A stretch of DNA of 51,676 nt, filler included, from Sphacelaria rigidula (Eukaryota), in NCBI GenBank assembly GCA_964200075.2. It is 4 parts of 4 records of this genome, joined end to end, with 100 filler letters (N's around TTAATTAATTAA, not from the genome) between each part and the next. Parts side by side here need not be neighbours in the genome. Positions count along the whole stretch, not along the records: positions 1 to 12,845 come from CAXNAA020003364.1; positions 12,946 to 25,789 come from CAXNAA020003365.1; 2 more parts are not named here. One strand, 5' to 3'. Below, piece after piece: positions 1 to 13,299 of the stretch. Every line of letters begins with the position of its first letter. The stretch's first letter is position 1. The translations under genes were made by a program, and so were the position numbers. The notes beneath the pieces were generated by a model. It was not told where the DNA came from. It worked only from the letters and a program-made list of their open reading frames with translations, and made no database searches.

Positions 1-68
1 GATTTTAATCCTCCGGGTTCTCATCCTCAATGAAAAGCACCATCCTCAACATAGATGATCGGCTGTTT
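1..68 (+). repeat. Interspersed repeat family A (contig-end fragment)
   Basis: Near-identical to 38837-38904. A reverse-complement copy at ~26743-26770 plus ~27172-27213 is split by an insertion. Confidence 0.8.
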
Positions 69-684
69 GTACCAACTTATTATCCAATAAAAGTATGATA
101 CACGGGCGCTTCCCGAGTATTTTGGCTGAGAATAATCATGAGAACTCCATCATACTTTGCCCAACCAAATATATGCATGATGCCCGGGCGCTGCCTGGAC
201 GATGAGAAACCCGTATTCGGCTGAGAACGGCGTTGAAAAACTCGCATTTGCCCAAAAATTGGGGGGGAGGTATGACTCCCGGAGGAAAATAAGTTAGAAG
301 TCCCTTTGAACATACAAAATTTCCCACTACAGGTAGCGGCTGAACACAATAGAACAAGACAAATAAAACTGTGTGTCGTCGCTCTCCAGTGACATAGTCT
401 GCGCTCAATCATCTCTATAGACAGTTCTACGAAAACAGTGTGCAGTGGCTATCTGTGCAACATGATACACAATATGGGGCAGGCAGGTCGTATCAAAACT
501 ACAGCGCAAATAATAGAAAGGTATCTCCTTTGCCCGTGTGTCTTCAAATATTTAAGTGGTCGTTGTAGCAATGGTCAAATTCAGCTTCACCGACAAGCGG
601 GCGAAATTGGGCAATTCGTAGCGGAATATATTGGATTATTCCGCTCACCAAAACATTTTAAAATGGTCTCTACATTCCCTTCAG

Positions 685-3600
685 GCTTGTTGTCCGGCCT
701 AAATATTCCCTGGGTGGAAGCTCCCCTACTGCCAGCTGGCGGTACTGTTCCAAGGCAAAGCTGGCGGCCGAAGGGTCCATCTGTTTATCACGAACCCTTC
801 GAGCTCTTTTCTGTAAGACCATTACTATGTGAAATAATAGGTGTTGAAACTATGCACTGGGGGAAGCACGGGCACAAACGGGCTATGAACGCGGTCACGG
901 TTTAACAATAATGTACGGGGTGTGCACCGTGCAGCTGAGGATGAAGTGTGTGGTTAAGCGAATGCTTCTAGAGTTCGCCTTCCTCTGTCTCTCTTTACAC
1001 CTTGTTTTATCCCAAGGATCAATGCAGTGTAATTTTTCGCTGCTGCTTTGCCCAGTCTTGATGCTTAGCAACATCCACGCTCTTGTGCGTGGCCAGGTCA
1101 TACAACTGCCGGCCACGCGACTGGACAATGCAAGAGCAGTTCGACACATTCGCTGACAACGGAGTTATCACCAAAGCAAGTGATACCGTTTGATTAGTGG
1201 AACACAATTGAAGTCTTGGATATGGAGGAAGCGGGGCCTTCGACAGATGCCCTAGATACCAAATGTAGGCATTTGAAAGCCAATTGCAGGGGACGAACAC
1301 GTTTCACACTAGTCAGCCTACTCGATGTCGCAGCGTTTGCTAATCTGTTGACATGTGACGCATTTCAACCAAGATTTCGAGAACCAGCTTTCTGATCGCG
1401 TTTATCAGTCAAGACTGCAGCTGGATATGTCTACTTGTAGGGTAGTTTCGACAAACCATACGATGCATTTCATCACTCCTGCTTTTCCAAATGGCCCCTC
1501 TTTCGATGCAAGCAGGATCGCCTGCGGGAAGCCCTCCGGCTCTCCGAATGTCCGAGGATTGAAGCCCTCCTCGACCGGTGCCTGCTGCACCCTCCGTTTG
1601 CAACCAAGACATCTGGAGGAACCTCTGAAGGCACGACAACAATGTCTGTATCTTCTCTCGTATCCTTCATCGAAGGTGACAAAGCTTGCGGTCAGATATT
1701 GCCTTCGCGAACCGAATATCATCAATCCACGACGCCAACAGACACAACAATTAGCGGGGTGGTCCTCGACGTAACGCGTGCTCCTATGAAGGCAACGACG
1801 GTACCTCAGTCCACGTTTCATTTGCCGAGTAATGGGACAGCTGAGGTGACGGTAGCTGTGGAACCTACGCCAGTTGAAAGCATTGATATAAATGGGGGAT
1901 GTTCGCCTCCTGTTGTACCGCTAGTACCCAAATCGGTCACGACGGCAACATCGGAAAATCGGCCGTTTGGTGGTTCTAGAGTTGGTCGCTATCTGCGACC
2001 AGGAGTACGTAGCTGCGACAGAGAGAGGAAATCCGCAGCGAAGGAGGGTGTTGACAACGAAAGTTCTGGAGTCTGTGTGAGAGGACCCTGCACAACGTTG
2101 GTGAGGCACCTAGGAACGGTGTTAGGATTTCGGGGTAAGGAGGCGTATCGACGACCGGGAACCGTTCAGCCGGTGTGGAGGAAGAAGGAGACTTTAATTC
2201 AGGAGCGAATTGTGCAATACACCACGCTCGACGAGGAAGGAACGGTGCGTGCAGTAGGGTCTATAGCGTGGGAACGCATTTTTTTCCCTCGAGGATTGTG
2301 TATTGTAACCTTGGGCGATAGGGTGGTACGTCGTGTGCTGGTTGAAGTTTGAAGCGATGGTGGACGTTCCGTGGTGATGAGTGGACCTTGCGTTCCGCCG
2401 TGTACTGCTGCTGCCTTACCTGGAGGGATACGAAAGAGCAGACGAAATGCACGAGAGAAATACCTCAAGAATGACATGTAAGAAGGCCAGAAATATATTT
2501 CGGTGAAATTGAGGATCAGCCTCGAAGTTCTCGACTTCACTTTTCTGCCGTGTTTCATTCGTTTTTTACCAGGTTCAGGAGCTGGTTGAGACAGAAAAGA
2601 GTCAGACCGAGGTCCTACATATGGAGTGCAAGCGTACGGGCGAGTTTGCTCACCGTGAGAGCACGCACTACGAGAGCGGCGAGACGTTCAACGGCGAGGT
2701 AAAAAAACTTCCGAGCTTGGAACAAACCTCGCTAGCGGCGGATAGTATGGCAAACTTTACATGCATGTGACGTACACTGCCCCTCCTTTTGAATTTGACT
2801 CCTCTTTTGGCTACTCTCCCAGGGAATAGCATGCACGAAGCAGGCCCACCGCAGGCTAGCAATTAGCCTGGGCACGAATTTTTCCGGCAGACAAACGTCC
2901 GGTTGTTAAACACCCCGCCATAGTCACCAACGTCTTCATTTATTACTTATTCGTCCTGGGCGCTCCGTTTGAATCTCCACGCCTTGCGACCGCGAACAGG
3001 TCGTGCTAGAGGAGGCCGGAGCAGAGCATTATGTGCACCTCAGGTCGGTTGACGACGAGTACGAAAATCTAGAGTCTACTTTACCTCCACACGCTCGGCA
3101 GGGGGGCACCGGAGGAGCGGGCACGGCGGCGGGCGCAGACGGCGACACAGTGAGACCCCCCACCGGCGCCGCCGGCAACGAGGCAGAAAGTACTCATCAG
3201 GACGGAGATGGTACCGGGACCGTCGATGAGAGCAGGCATGGCAGCAGACAAGAGGAAGAGACGGGGGGAAATTTCAACTGCCCAAACTCCGTAGGTGGTG
3301 ATGAAGGACGTTGTGATGAACCTACATCGCCATCAATGAACATGCAGCGCAATGGTGGATCCAGTGTAGAGAGCGTTGGTGAGGCTGAAGGTGCTGAAGG
3401 AGACCGCATCCCCACCGCCGCACGGCGGAATTCAGAATGGCCTCAGCATACAGGGTTCCATTACCGGTCGCCGAACTGTTCGCCGCGTTTGTCTCCGCGT
3501 CCGGCGAGGTCGCCCTACCGCCAAGAGGGTGTTGGGGGCAGGGAGAGCTCGGGACGATTCGGAAGTGAGCGGCGAGATGCCCCGACACCCGCTGGTGGTG

Positions 3601-4848
3601 CCGCTGAAACTTCGTCTTTCAAACAACCCAGTGGGGATTTTGACAATGAGATTGCAACGAAGGATAAAAGGGGAGAACAAATATGGGACAATAGAGTCCA
3701 CGATAGGCAGACGGGGACAAGTCGGGTTGATGTAGAGGGTGCCGTTGACACACCCTCGCCCGCCCTGTGGGAAGAACCAGATGGTGAGGTTGGAGCACCG
3801 AGAGCTACGATGGTCGACCGCGAGATCGGTAAAAGAAGGGCCCGCACAGCACAAGTTTCCCCACGTGATAGGTCAGGATTGATGAGGCCCCGGAATGTAG
3901 CTGGCGATATATTACCGTGGGAGAATATGTCAATACTCGATCAAGTCGATGTCGACGGCGATGGGAACGACGACGGGGAAGGGTCCGTCGATTCTGTTGC
4001 TGCCGACATGCGGTCAGTGATGTTCTTCGATAATGGCAGTTTAAAGGACGACGAGTCCATCGGTATTGAAGATGGAGAGGCGTGGCACGAAGCGGAAGCC
4101 CTCGGTAGCGGACTGAGGGGGCTCGAGTTTGCATTTGGGGAGGAGGACGGATCTGTGGTACTGCCGACACCGGGGGAGGTAACTTTATGATCACCTACTA
4201 GAACGGTTCACGCTGCCCCGCCTTTTACGATCATGGATGTCGTTATGTAAATTCTTGGCTTTCGGAGTGCTCTGACCTTCGAGTGCAAGGGCTCTGAACC
4301 TGTGTTATGAAAGGGGAATTTTTCACTACTCTCGTTGAAGATTGTAACCATTGTGGTTCAAGGTTCAAATGTCACTTACATTCCGGTGGTAATCAAGGTG
4401 AAGCACGATCAAGGAGATTCATCTACCTGTAAACGTTATCCGAATTTGTCGCGCGTCTCTTAGTTTTTTTGTCACCTGGCAACACCCATGTTGTTTGCGA
4501 TTCCTACCCATCAACGGCACACCAACGATTAAGGTGGAGAGGCCGTCGGACTCGCCAGTACAAGCCGAGGGCAAACTGGACCCGACGTCAACCAGCGAAG
4601 AGCCACTCGTCGCCCTCACAAGCGCACACACTTCACGTCTACTAAACCGACCAATTTCCGACTACCTGGTCGACGCTACTCCAGACGGGACGCTTCATGG
4701 CATTGGAATAGGGAAGTACAATATTCCAAATGACAGTCGGCGCAGGGGCACGGGAATTGCGCCGGAATTACCGGACACAGACAGCCAACATCAACCCGGG
4801 ACCGCAGCTCCTTTCTACGGTCACAGCTGGGACAGGGTAGCCGAATGA
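685..4848 (+). CDS. Multi-exon hypothetical protein, 5'-partial, largely low-complexity (G/E/S-rich)
   Basis: Manually spliced, phase-consistent GT-AG exons: 685-741, 1056-1096, 1516-2100, 2573-2611, 3000-4178, 4534-4848 (stop). They read GLLSGLNIPWVEAPLLPAG-VLMLSNIHALVRGQ-DRLREALRLSECPRIEALLDRCLLHPP...-VQELVETEKSQTE-VVLEEAGAEHYVHL...-VERPSDSP...WDRVAE*. The long exons match ORFs 1642..2352, 3003..4190 and 4495..4848. No domain recognised. Confidence 0.65.
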
Positions 4849-5203
4849 TGTGTGTGTTGAACAAATCTTGCGAGAAGATGTAATTCTGCGCGAAGTATTG
4901 CTTAATTTCATTGCGTGTGTCAATTTCACTCGGGTGGGCGGAATCAGCAGCTCTCGCCCGTATTTCTGGTCGATGGCGCAACTGCGTGGTGCTGTCACTA
5001 GTGTGTGAGACGTTGCCGTAGCTAGCTACAGCCATAGCGAAGGGACGGGATCGATCGTGATGGGTCAGGACGCACTCTAGGACCAGTACAGTATACGCGA
5101 CTTCGAGCACCGCTGGACTGTGTAAACATCATCGTCGCGGCCACCATTGGCCAGCCGGGTGTGAGTGAAAACAGGACAGAGCGGAACTCGTGTTTACACG
5201 GTG

Positions 5204-5457
5204 GAGTAATGCTACGGTAGGGGTGCACTTTGCGCGCAAAATATGTTCTGTTTCAGGGGCTCCTAACGATTCTAGATGCACAAGAATACGGGTAAGGGCA
5301 TCCCCGTTTGCAAATTCATTCGGGATATCCCTAGCACATTGGAATAGTAATCCTGGCGTACTCACATGTTTCATAAGTCGTGCTGTGGATGAGATAAACG
5401 GTTCCTAACAACTCCAACCTCAGAAAATATTTGTGCACCCCTACCGTAGCATCACTC
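5204..5457 (-). mobile_element. ~255-bp TIR MITE (GAG...CTC termini, 4-bp TSD; Sola2-like), copy 1
   Basis: TIRs GAGTAATGCTACGGTAGGGGTGCAC ... GTGCACCCCTACCGTAGCATCACTC; TSD GGTG at 5200-5203 and 5458-5461. The interior is the reverse complement of the contig 3 copies. Confidence 0.9.
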
Positions 5458-5599
5458 GGTGGGACAATACACAATGGCAAGTGCCAGCAGCCATGCCAGC
5501 GAAAGCAGTCGTGGTAAGCATGGGTAGCCAAAGGGTGGTACGCTCGACGCTAAAAAACTGCATGCGGCGGAAAGGTGATATTTCACTATTTTTTCCTAC

Positions 5600-8500
5600 C
5601 TAAAAGTATCCGTCGTCCCCTGCGCTATTCAACCCCTCGCCGCTTGATTCACTACGGTCATCACGTGAGCCCTGCCCCTCCTCGATTGCTAATTCCTTTT
5701 CACTGCTCATGTCACTTCTAGGATCCTCCTGCACACCACTTTGTCGCTCCTCACCAATCCCGTCGTCTGCTCCAAATCCCTCAAGTTCCGACGGAGTATC
5801 AACCCCTTGGGACGGACTGCATCCGCGATTGACAGAACTTGCAGCGCTAGAAGGTGCAGGTGCGACAGATAGGTTAGATGCAAATCCATTACCGAGAGGA
5901 TCACCCGCACTTCCGATCCTTGCAGACATTTCCAAACTGTCCCTCGCCGCACGTGAATCTACCGATGTTGTGGTCTCGACGATCCGAGAAGGAGTCAATC
6001 GATCGCCGTTCTCCGGGTTTATTCGCGCGCCCAAGAACGCCCAGTCTGTTGCCATTTCGGCAGGTTCTTCGAGTGATCTTTTGCTACTCGAGGAACTAAC
6101 TTCGTCATTACCACTGCATGTCACTGAAAGCTCCGGATATGATGATTCACTTTTAACCAACGCGTCGGCGGTATCATCGACCCTGTTCCCAAGGAAAGTT
6201 TGACTATTGTCCGTACGCAGAGATATGTCACTGGGATTTTTTCCCTCTACCATACCCCGACTTTTACCATTTACAGCGGTAGCTGAAGCTTCGTGAGGTA
6301 TCACAGAGACCGGTGGAGCGGTGTCCACAGCACGCGAAGGGGATACTGCGCTATTGGACAGGCTATCGCTGTCTGGAGACAAATTGTACGGTGACGTAGC
6401 GGAGTTGTAAAGCGAGGTAGCCGATGCTGTTATGATCTCGGTCTCTCTCTCGACGAGACTCCTGTGGTGTTCGTCAACCCCACCAACGACCCTTATGAGA
6501 CTATTCAACGGCACACCACTCTCTCCACTGCCCGTGATACCGTACCCAACAGCCCCCTCTTCCCGGCCTGCTTCTATCTGAAGATGTGAGTTAGGTGGTG
6601 ATACTGCATGCTGATCAGAACCGTCGCTGGTCGATTGCGGGTGACAAGGTCGTCTCCGTCCGACCGAGATCTCTCCCGATTCGTCCTTGTATATCTCACT
6701 GGCATGCTCTTGATCCTGGTCACCTGCTGCAGTGGCAGCTCGGAGTGTTTTCGGATGGCGGAGTGGCCTCCTTTTCGGAGGGGACGCAATCTCGGTTTCG
6801 GCGATCGATGTGCGGAATGCTTCACCTTCTTCCTCACTGCAAGCTCATTTCCCCCGAAGCAGAGCGGAATAAATAGGGGGAGAAAATGAGCGGCGGAGTA
6901 GGGCACGAGTGTATAGACGGTTCACACGGCTGCACCATACCGCACGAAATACTGTCAGTCCACAAATATTTTGACCTACAAAATAAGCGCACTGCGGCCG
7001 TCCTGACCCTAGCACGAGTTCACTGTTGTAAACGGGGCTATTCTAGATACCCGAACTTTCGGTGCGACGCTACTGGGGATTCAGTAGTGTGTTCTTCAAT
7101 GTGTCACGAACTTGCCTTACAGGAAAAATTACCCAACAAGGCGAAGAGCGCATCGGTGCAACTGTGTCCTGAAGTGCCCCACGGTAATTGATATGGCCCA
7201 AAACCAGGCCCAGAAACATGAGTCTTTTTCCGCTATAGCTGGAAGTACCTTGGTGGAGAGAGCACGAAGAAGCTATCGCCTCCACCATCTGGCAAAACCC
7301 GCTTGTCAACACCATCGTTCGAGCGACTCGCAAATTTGTCTTGGTACTCCGTCATTTGTACAATGTCCCCAGTGTATCCCTGCTGTGAGGCTTCGACAAG
7401 GGCTGCCCCTTCCTCCACAGGTGCCGCGGTTTCTCGGGTGGCTGTGGTTATGAATTGCTTCATTTTATTGTCCACCAGGGATACTCTTCGACTATCGACG
7501 CCGTTACTTCGGTGCCGTAAGTACCATGCTTCATCTGTGTCGCCGAGGCTTGTGGTGTTGCCTTGAACTTGCGATGATATTGTTGGAGTTTCCCGCGACT
7601 CCTCGCCGCCAAGGCCTCCATCAGCCGCTATGACGTGTTCTTCTTTCCGTAAATCACCCCGAACAGATAGATTTTTCTGCCAAGATTCTGCGGGCATATT
7701 TTCCGATTCGAACGAATCCCGATACGCGAGGTCCTCAAGTTTCAATGACGCTCGACCCTCAACGCAGCCGACTCGAATCTGCCTGGAACCGCCCCCTCCA
7801 CTGTGATCATTTGTTGTACCTTGTTTTCGACGGACAACCTTGTGGTCGGTTTCGCGCAGAGACGCCTCCACGTCTGATGTCGTTGATAGCCCTACCTTCC
7901 GGCAGTTGTCATCCTCAGAGTCTCGCAATGGCTTCATTTCCTCTGACCGTACACCAACAAAATGCTGCGTCTTTTTTTTGCCATCCCATGAAGGTGGCTT
8001 GTTCCATTTTGGGTTTTTTTCACTTCCGCAGTCAAATGTGGACCGAAGAACTTTCACCACGCCTTTACCGCCCGACAACGCCATCGACACTCTCTGACTT
8101 ACACCTCTACCAGCGACTCCCTCAACACGGTGGGGATCACTTCGCGTGGCATCTCCATCGTCAGCCACATCCCTGTAGTGAGCGGCTGGGCGTACCCTAC
8201 TCACTCGCGCACATCCCTCTGGCGAATGCTCCTTCTCAGGGGCTTCCCACCTCCAAGTTTCGTCGAAAATCTCTCCTCCCTCGTCTTCATCTCCCCAGAG
8301 TTCACCTACTACCTCACCATCCCTGCTCATTTCTTCAGTTTTGACCTCGTCCGCATCATCATCATAATCCCACAACGAGCGTCGATTGCCACCATCGTGG
8401 GTATCTAGAGACATATCATACCCGGTAGTACCGTCACCGAAAGAATCATCGCGCAAAATCCCCTCCCGCCGGAGGCTCGATTTCCTGCCGCTATCGCCAG

Positions 8501-11500
8501 ACCGGCTTCCGCCGCGTGATGGTGGCAGTGGAGGTTTCCCGAGATCTCGAGAAGCTGACCGCTGACCACCGCCGCCGCCGCGATCGCTGTTTCCTCGTGA
8601 TGAATCCACCGGGACATCTTCAGCGAAGCGGGGCATATCGTCGCCTGTTGCTGCGCGTATACACGCGTCTCGGGGGCTATGTGATGTTTCTTTTGAGCTA
8701 GCCCCACCGCTTTCCTCGAGTTTTGTTGCCGCGTCATGTACGGCGATAGCGTGCTCGTGATGTTTTCGTGGCTTGGACGAGTGCGACACTTGGGTTTCTT
8801 CATCGGATGGTTGGGCGATCGCTTCCGTGAGGCTCCTGCGGTTCTCACAATCCGTCGTCGTTGCGTCTTTCTCTTCGACTAGTGTTCGCTGGTGGGCACT
8901 CAACCGTCGATTGAGACGAGCATCGAGCTCGCGGAGCCGTCTTTCTCGATACCTGATGTCACCGTCGTGCACGAAAACATGGGGAAACGGGTACAGCGCC
9001 AGATGAAGAAATGGCGTGCTCAACCTCGCTGAAGAAGATAAGATATGTATCGTGATGAAATACTTCAAGGTAACATGCCACGACCGCATGCTGGTCCACA
9101 CCTTAACGTCGCGAGTCCTCATGAGCCATACACTTGTGGTGTCCGAGACCAAGCATACCCGAACTTTCGAACGCAAACGCAATCGCATCTGCATGTGGTT
9201 AAATCATCAAAACTGTGTTCCCAGCGCTCGATTCTCCACACGAGTGCGAGCAAGTTCGCCAGAGGTACACGATGCGCAACCCTCGTAGCCCAACTTTTTC
9301 GTGGTATAGACACCGGGGAGATCCTTGCCTGGCTATCTTTTCTTGAGCCAACCGCATCCGGTACGCTCGCCTCGCTCGTACTTTATGCAGACGGCGGGAT
9401 TCGGCGTCGAGGGCCAAGGCTTGGCTCCGCTCAGCCGCGCTCTGTCGTGCGCTCGAGCGCAGACGCGCCTTTTCGGCCATCCTACTGGTGCGTTGTTCGT
9501 CTGCAGAGATAATGATGAGGTAAGTTGTTCCGATATGGGAAGGGGGTTGGCGCAATCAAATAACGTGCTCTGTGTTGAGAACTGTGCAGTATTACCGGGC
9601 GACATTACTGTTGTGATTTTTCAGGGTGTTGCAACGTGCTGTAAAATGCAGTGCACTGTTCATAGTGGAGAGGAATCCATTCAACATCAATAGGAAAGAG
9701 ACTAGAGAACCCTTTCGCAGCTTCTTGCTTTCAAGACATTCGATTCTCGACCGTCAATTCGCCTCATGTTGGTTGATGCCTGCCTGCGAATACGCACACC
9801 TGTCAACCCGCCGGACTGCTTCGAGAGGTGCTGCTCTCCCCCCGATTCCCTAACCCGCCGCCGAAGGGACCTCCTCTTCCCACTCCTCGCCAAATGGCCA
9901 GCACCCCATGCTAACCAAGAGTTACGGCTCTCGGTCATCTCTGCAGGGGCTGTTATTGTCGTCGTTGTGACCGTTCGCACAAGGCCTCGGGCATCTGTCG
10001 AGTAGGGTCGTCGAGGACTGCGTAGGTCGGAATATCTCAACCATCCCTGTGGCACTTGGTTTGTCAACCGTGGTGCCGTGTGCGGTCGGGACCGTGCCCC
10101 CTCTGACTGCCACACCATCGTTGACTCCGGACATGGGTCATTCGACCACGTTCCACCTCCACGCGGATGTAGAATCGATTTCGGGGTGGCCACGTCGTGG
10201 CCTATTGTAGCCGAGGAAGCACCGAAAGCCGTGTCAACCGGTGGAATCACATTCGCATCGACTGTTTGTGCGAGAGGTTGGGAAAATTGTGTGGGACCTA
10301 GGTGCTCAGGAGTATCCCCAGAGTCATCTGCGGGCAAAACTGGGCCCAGCTGATACTGGATACCCCTGGTCGGGTCGTCGTGAGGGAAAGCATCGCCATC
10401 ATTAGCACGTGGGTGAGCCAAGGCAGCTTGGGTGCCATTGTACAGTCGCTCGTTCCCATCATAACCGGTTGCTATTGCAAGGGCACGTGCTAAGCGTCTT
10501 GTTTCAAGGCGGTACTCCTTTGCCTGTTTTCAGCACACGAGGAACGTTGTTGAGGGATCGTTAGGTTGGCAGGAACGCGCGATACAAACGTAGAAAAAGA
10601 GCCATGGGTCACTGAGAAGAGAAAACAGACGTGGGAGCAGGTCTCAACATTTCTTCATTGGAATGCTAGATACTACCTGTAGGTATCGCAGGACATCGTT
10701 ACAGTTTCGTATGAACCATTCGTTCACTGTGAAGAGATAAGATTGATTGATTTATTGATTGGTTATCTCACACTAGCTGATTGCAACAATCCAGCCCGTG
10801 GTCAGGAGCAGCAAAAAAGGAACAGAATACATGATTACCTGTTCTCGAGCCTCGCGAAGAAAGCCAAGAGATGCCTGACGGTTGAGATGATCGATGTGAT
10901 CTTGCTTCAAAGCAACAGCCCTTTGCAGACGGTGCACCTGGCATCGAAGGCAACCGAAGGATAGCAGAGGAAAGTGATCTCGTGTGCATTTCATAGCAAC
11001 TGGTAGACGAAATGGGGTTAGTCTTAAAGTTGATGCAACAGGACGGCTACTCGGTGGGTCTTACCATGAGCTCATCTACGGAGCAGTCATATCTTGGAAT
11101 CACTCGCCTGGAGTCGAAGCTTGGCAGATGGGACACCCTTTTGAAGCCATTCTTGGCGTGGCGGTGGCGGCTGTTCGCCTTGGAGACAGAGCACCTGAAC
11201 ATTTGAACCGAAACGGATTTGTCAAGCCTTGCTGTAGTGCAAAAGCTACGTGTACGGCGGACGGCGTTAAAGCACTAATACACGGAAAGGACATTTCTGT
11301 GCGTCAACCCTTTTGGAACTCGCACAAAACAGTACTAATTCCCATATGCGAGCTTTCGTCACCGGGAAAACGTCACTTCGAGATCGGTGCACGAATCTGT
11401 CACATTAGTGTACTTGAACTTAGGGTGGTGCACCGCTTTGTTGGGCTACATCATCAACAGTTGCACGAAAACAACCACATCTTGCCCAAGAAAACGTCAA

Positions 11501-11809
11501 TTGTGAATCGTCATTCTGCCATAAACGGTTCCAAAAGGGTTGAATCTCTACAATGTCGAATATATCATGGTACCTGTTTCAAGACTAACGCAGTGGTGTT
11601 TCCCATTGCTGGGTACGTTGACGATAGGGAAACTCTCGGCGTACCGTTTCACGGAAGTCTCGCTCCCGTTGTGATAGGGTGTGCTCGAGATGGATCAGTG
11701 CCGACCTCAATCTTCTCGTTTCTTCGTCTCGAACCGTCAAGTCTCGTTTGGCTTGACGCAGGTTCATGACGAGCCTGTCCATTTGCTCTGAGGCATTTCG
11801 CCCTTGCAC
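5600..11809 (-). CDS. Large multi-exon hypothetical protein (>=1394 aa), N-terminal coiled coil and long disordered C-terminus, 5'-partial
   Basis: Phase-consistent GT-AG exons (minus strand): 11706-11809, 11065-11194, 10839-10937, 9800-10523, 9314-9500, 7249-8952, 5600-6836 (stop). Heptad-like segments (MDRLVMNLRQAKRDLTVRDEETRRLR; VHRLQRAVALKQDHIDHLNRQ; ERRLRELDARLNRRL). Includes ORFs 7233..9194, 5600..6514 and 9702..10421. Confidence 0.7.
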
Positions 11810-12480
11810 CTGTATGCCGAAACAACATCCAGGGTAGTACATGTGTGGATGCCTACGAACCTCATGGCGTCAAACACGCTTAGATCGCCGCTCGGCGAAT
11901 CACTTATTGGGAAAACGTAAACAGCTGCTCTGGTTGAGGCCCATTATTATCGACACTGTTTTTTTCACAGATCTCAGAAATATTCGGAGTTTTCGGACTC
12001 TGCGTTCAGACTTCTCCAAAACTGAAGCTTCGGAGAAAAAATCAAGGGCAATGTACATAAAAGGGTACACCCTGGTGCTTTTGGAACAAAAAAGGGTAAC
12101 GCATTTTTCGCTTGGGAGCGCGGCGCTGCACGCGGGCTGAGCACCTCGAAAACACCGTCCGGTGCCTCAGCCCCACGCCCAAGGTGTCTGGGCAGTATGC
12201 CCGACCATTTTGTTTCATTTTTACAGGTGTTACTAGGCTGAATTATGGCGCCGGAAATGAGAGCCTGTGAGAGTACCTTTTTTTGTAAACAAACCAGAAG
12301 GGTACACCCTGCCTTCTGCTCAAGAATAATTTCTCCTCTTTTTTTGTTCACCTGTTGACCCTTTTTTGTGAAGTGGCGACCGTGCCGCCGGCTCAGCAGA
12401 AGATACACCGAGCAATCACAACCATAGCCGTTTTCGGTCAAATTACCCTCGCACCAAAAAAGGCCGAAACCCAACGACCA

Positions 12481-12845
12481 AGAGAGTGTAGCCCCCTGCT
12501 ATGGTTGGCCCAAGGGCCTGGAAGATCCAATGATGCATACAGGGCGCTTGTGAGCCGGAGCTCACGAAGATGCAACGAATATGTGTTCTGTTCATGTAGT
12601 CCGACTCAGGCGTTCTTCCTCCGATCTGGAATCCGGTCGGTGCCCATCTTTGTTCCAGAGTCGCAAATTGCAGATCCCGCAACAGTCTGACATTGTCACT
12701 ACGTGACGCCGTGCGGGCGTATGTGTCGGCAAGATGTTCACACATGTTCGTTGCATCTTCGTGAGCTCCGGCTCACAAGCGCCCTGTATGCATCATTGGA
12801 TCTTCCAGGCCCTTGGGCCAACCATAGCAGGGGGCTACACTCTCT
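12481..12845. mobile_element. MITE with 105-bp terminal inverted repeats
   Basis: 12481-12585 is the reverse complement of 12741-12845 with one mismatch. The right end coincides with the contig end, so a TSD cannot be read. Confidence 0.85.
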
Positions 12846-12945
12846 NNNNNNNNNNNNNNNNNNNNNNNNNNNNNNNNNNNNNNNNNNNNTTAATTAATTA
12901 ANNNNNNNNNNNNNNNNNNNNNNNNNNNNNNNNNNNNNNNNNNNN
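12846..12945. other. Artificial contig linker
   Basis: N44-TTAATTAATTAA-N44 (stops in all six frames). Confidence 0.98.
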
Positions 12946-13038
12946 GGCCAGTATGTCGATTTAAAAAAAATACCGCGGTATCACGGGAATATTCCCGAGA
13001 GGAGCCTTGGAAATTTCTACCGATCCGGTTCTTAGAAG

Positions 13039-13299
13039 GCGTTAGTTCACCCCAATATTTAGAGTTGGACCGTGAAAATTGGTATGAACAATGCGTGGGG
13101 CATTAAGAAAAATTACCTCGGTACCAAAAGGGTTTTTTTCATGAGTTAAGGGCAATAATCAGTTTTCATGTATCAGTAAAATGCCCTTAACTTATTAAAA
13201 AAAAAAAAAATGGTACCGAGGTGATCTTTTTGTAATGCCCCATGCATTGTCCATACCAATTTTCACGGTCAGACTCCAAATATTGGGGTGAACAAACGC
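13039..13299. repeat. Fold-back (long imperfect inverted repeat) element
   Basis: Arms of about 85 bp or more (GCGTTAGTTCACCCCAATATTTAGAG...GGTACCA / TGGTACC...GGGGTGAACAAACGC); homologous to 41177-41521. Confidence 0.8.

Noticed and set aside
5210..5451. MITE as a solo LTR, because an inner TG...CA is visible
   Set aside because: The inverted repeat extends outward to GAG...CTC, and the TSD lies outside that, not at TG/CA.
10984..11769. 261-aa plus-strand ORF
   Set aside because: It is antisense to exons and introns of the minus-strand coiled-coil gene and shows no protein-like features.
12846..12945. TTAATTAATTAA motif as a biological repeat, and gene neighbourhoods across it
   Set aside because: It is an identical N-flanked six-frame stop linker between contigs of 12845, 12844, 12844 and 12843 bp, so an assembly artefact.
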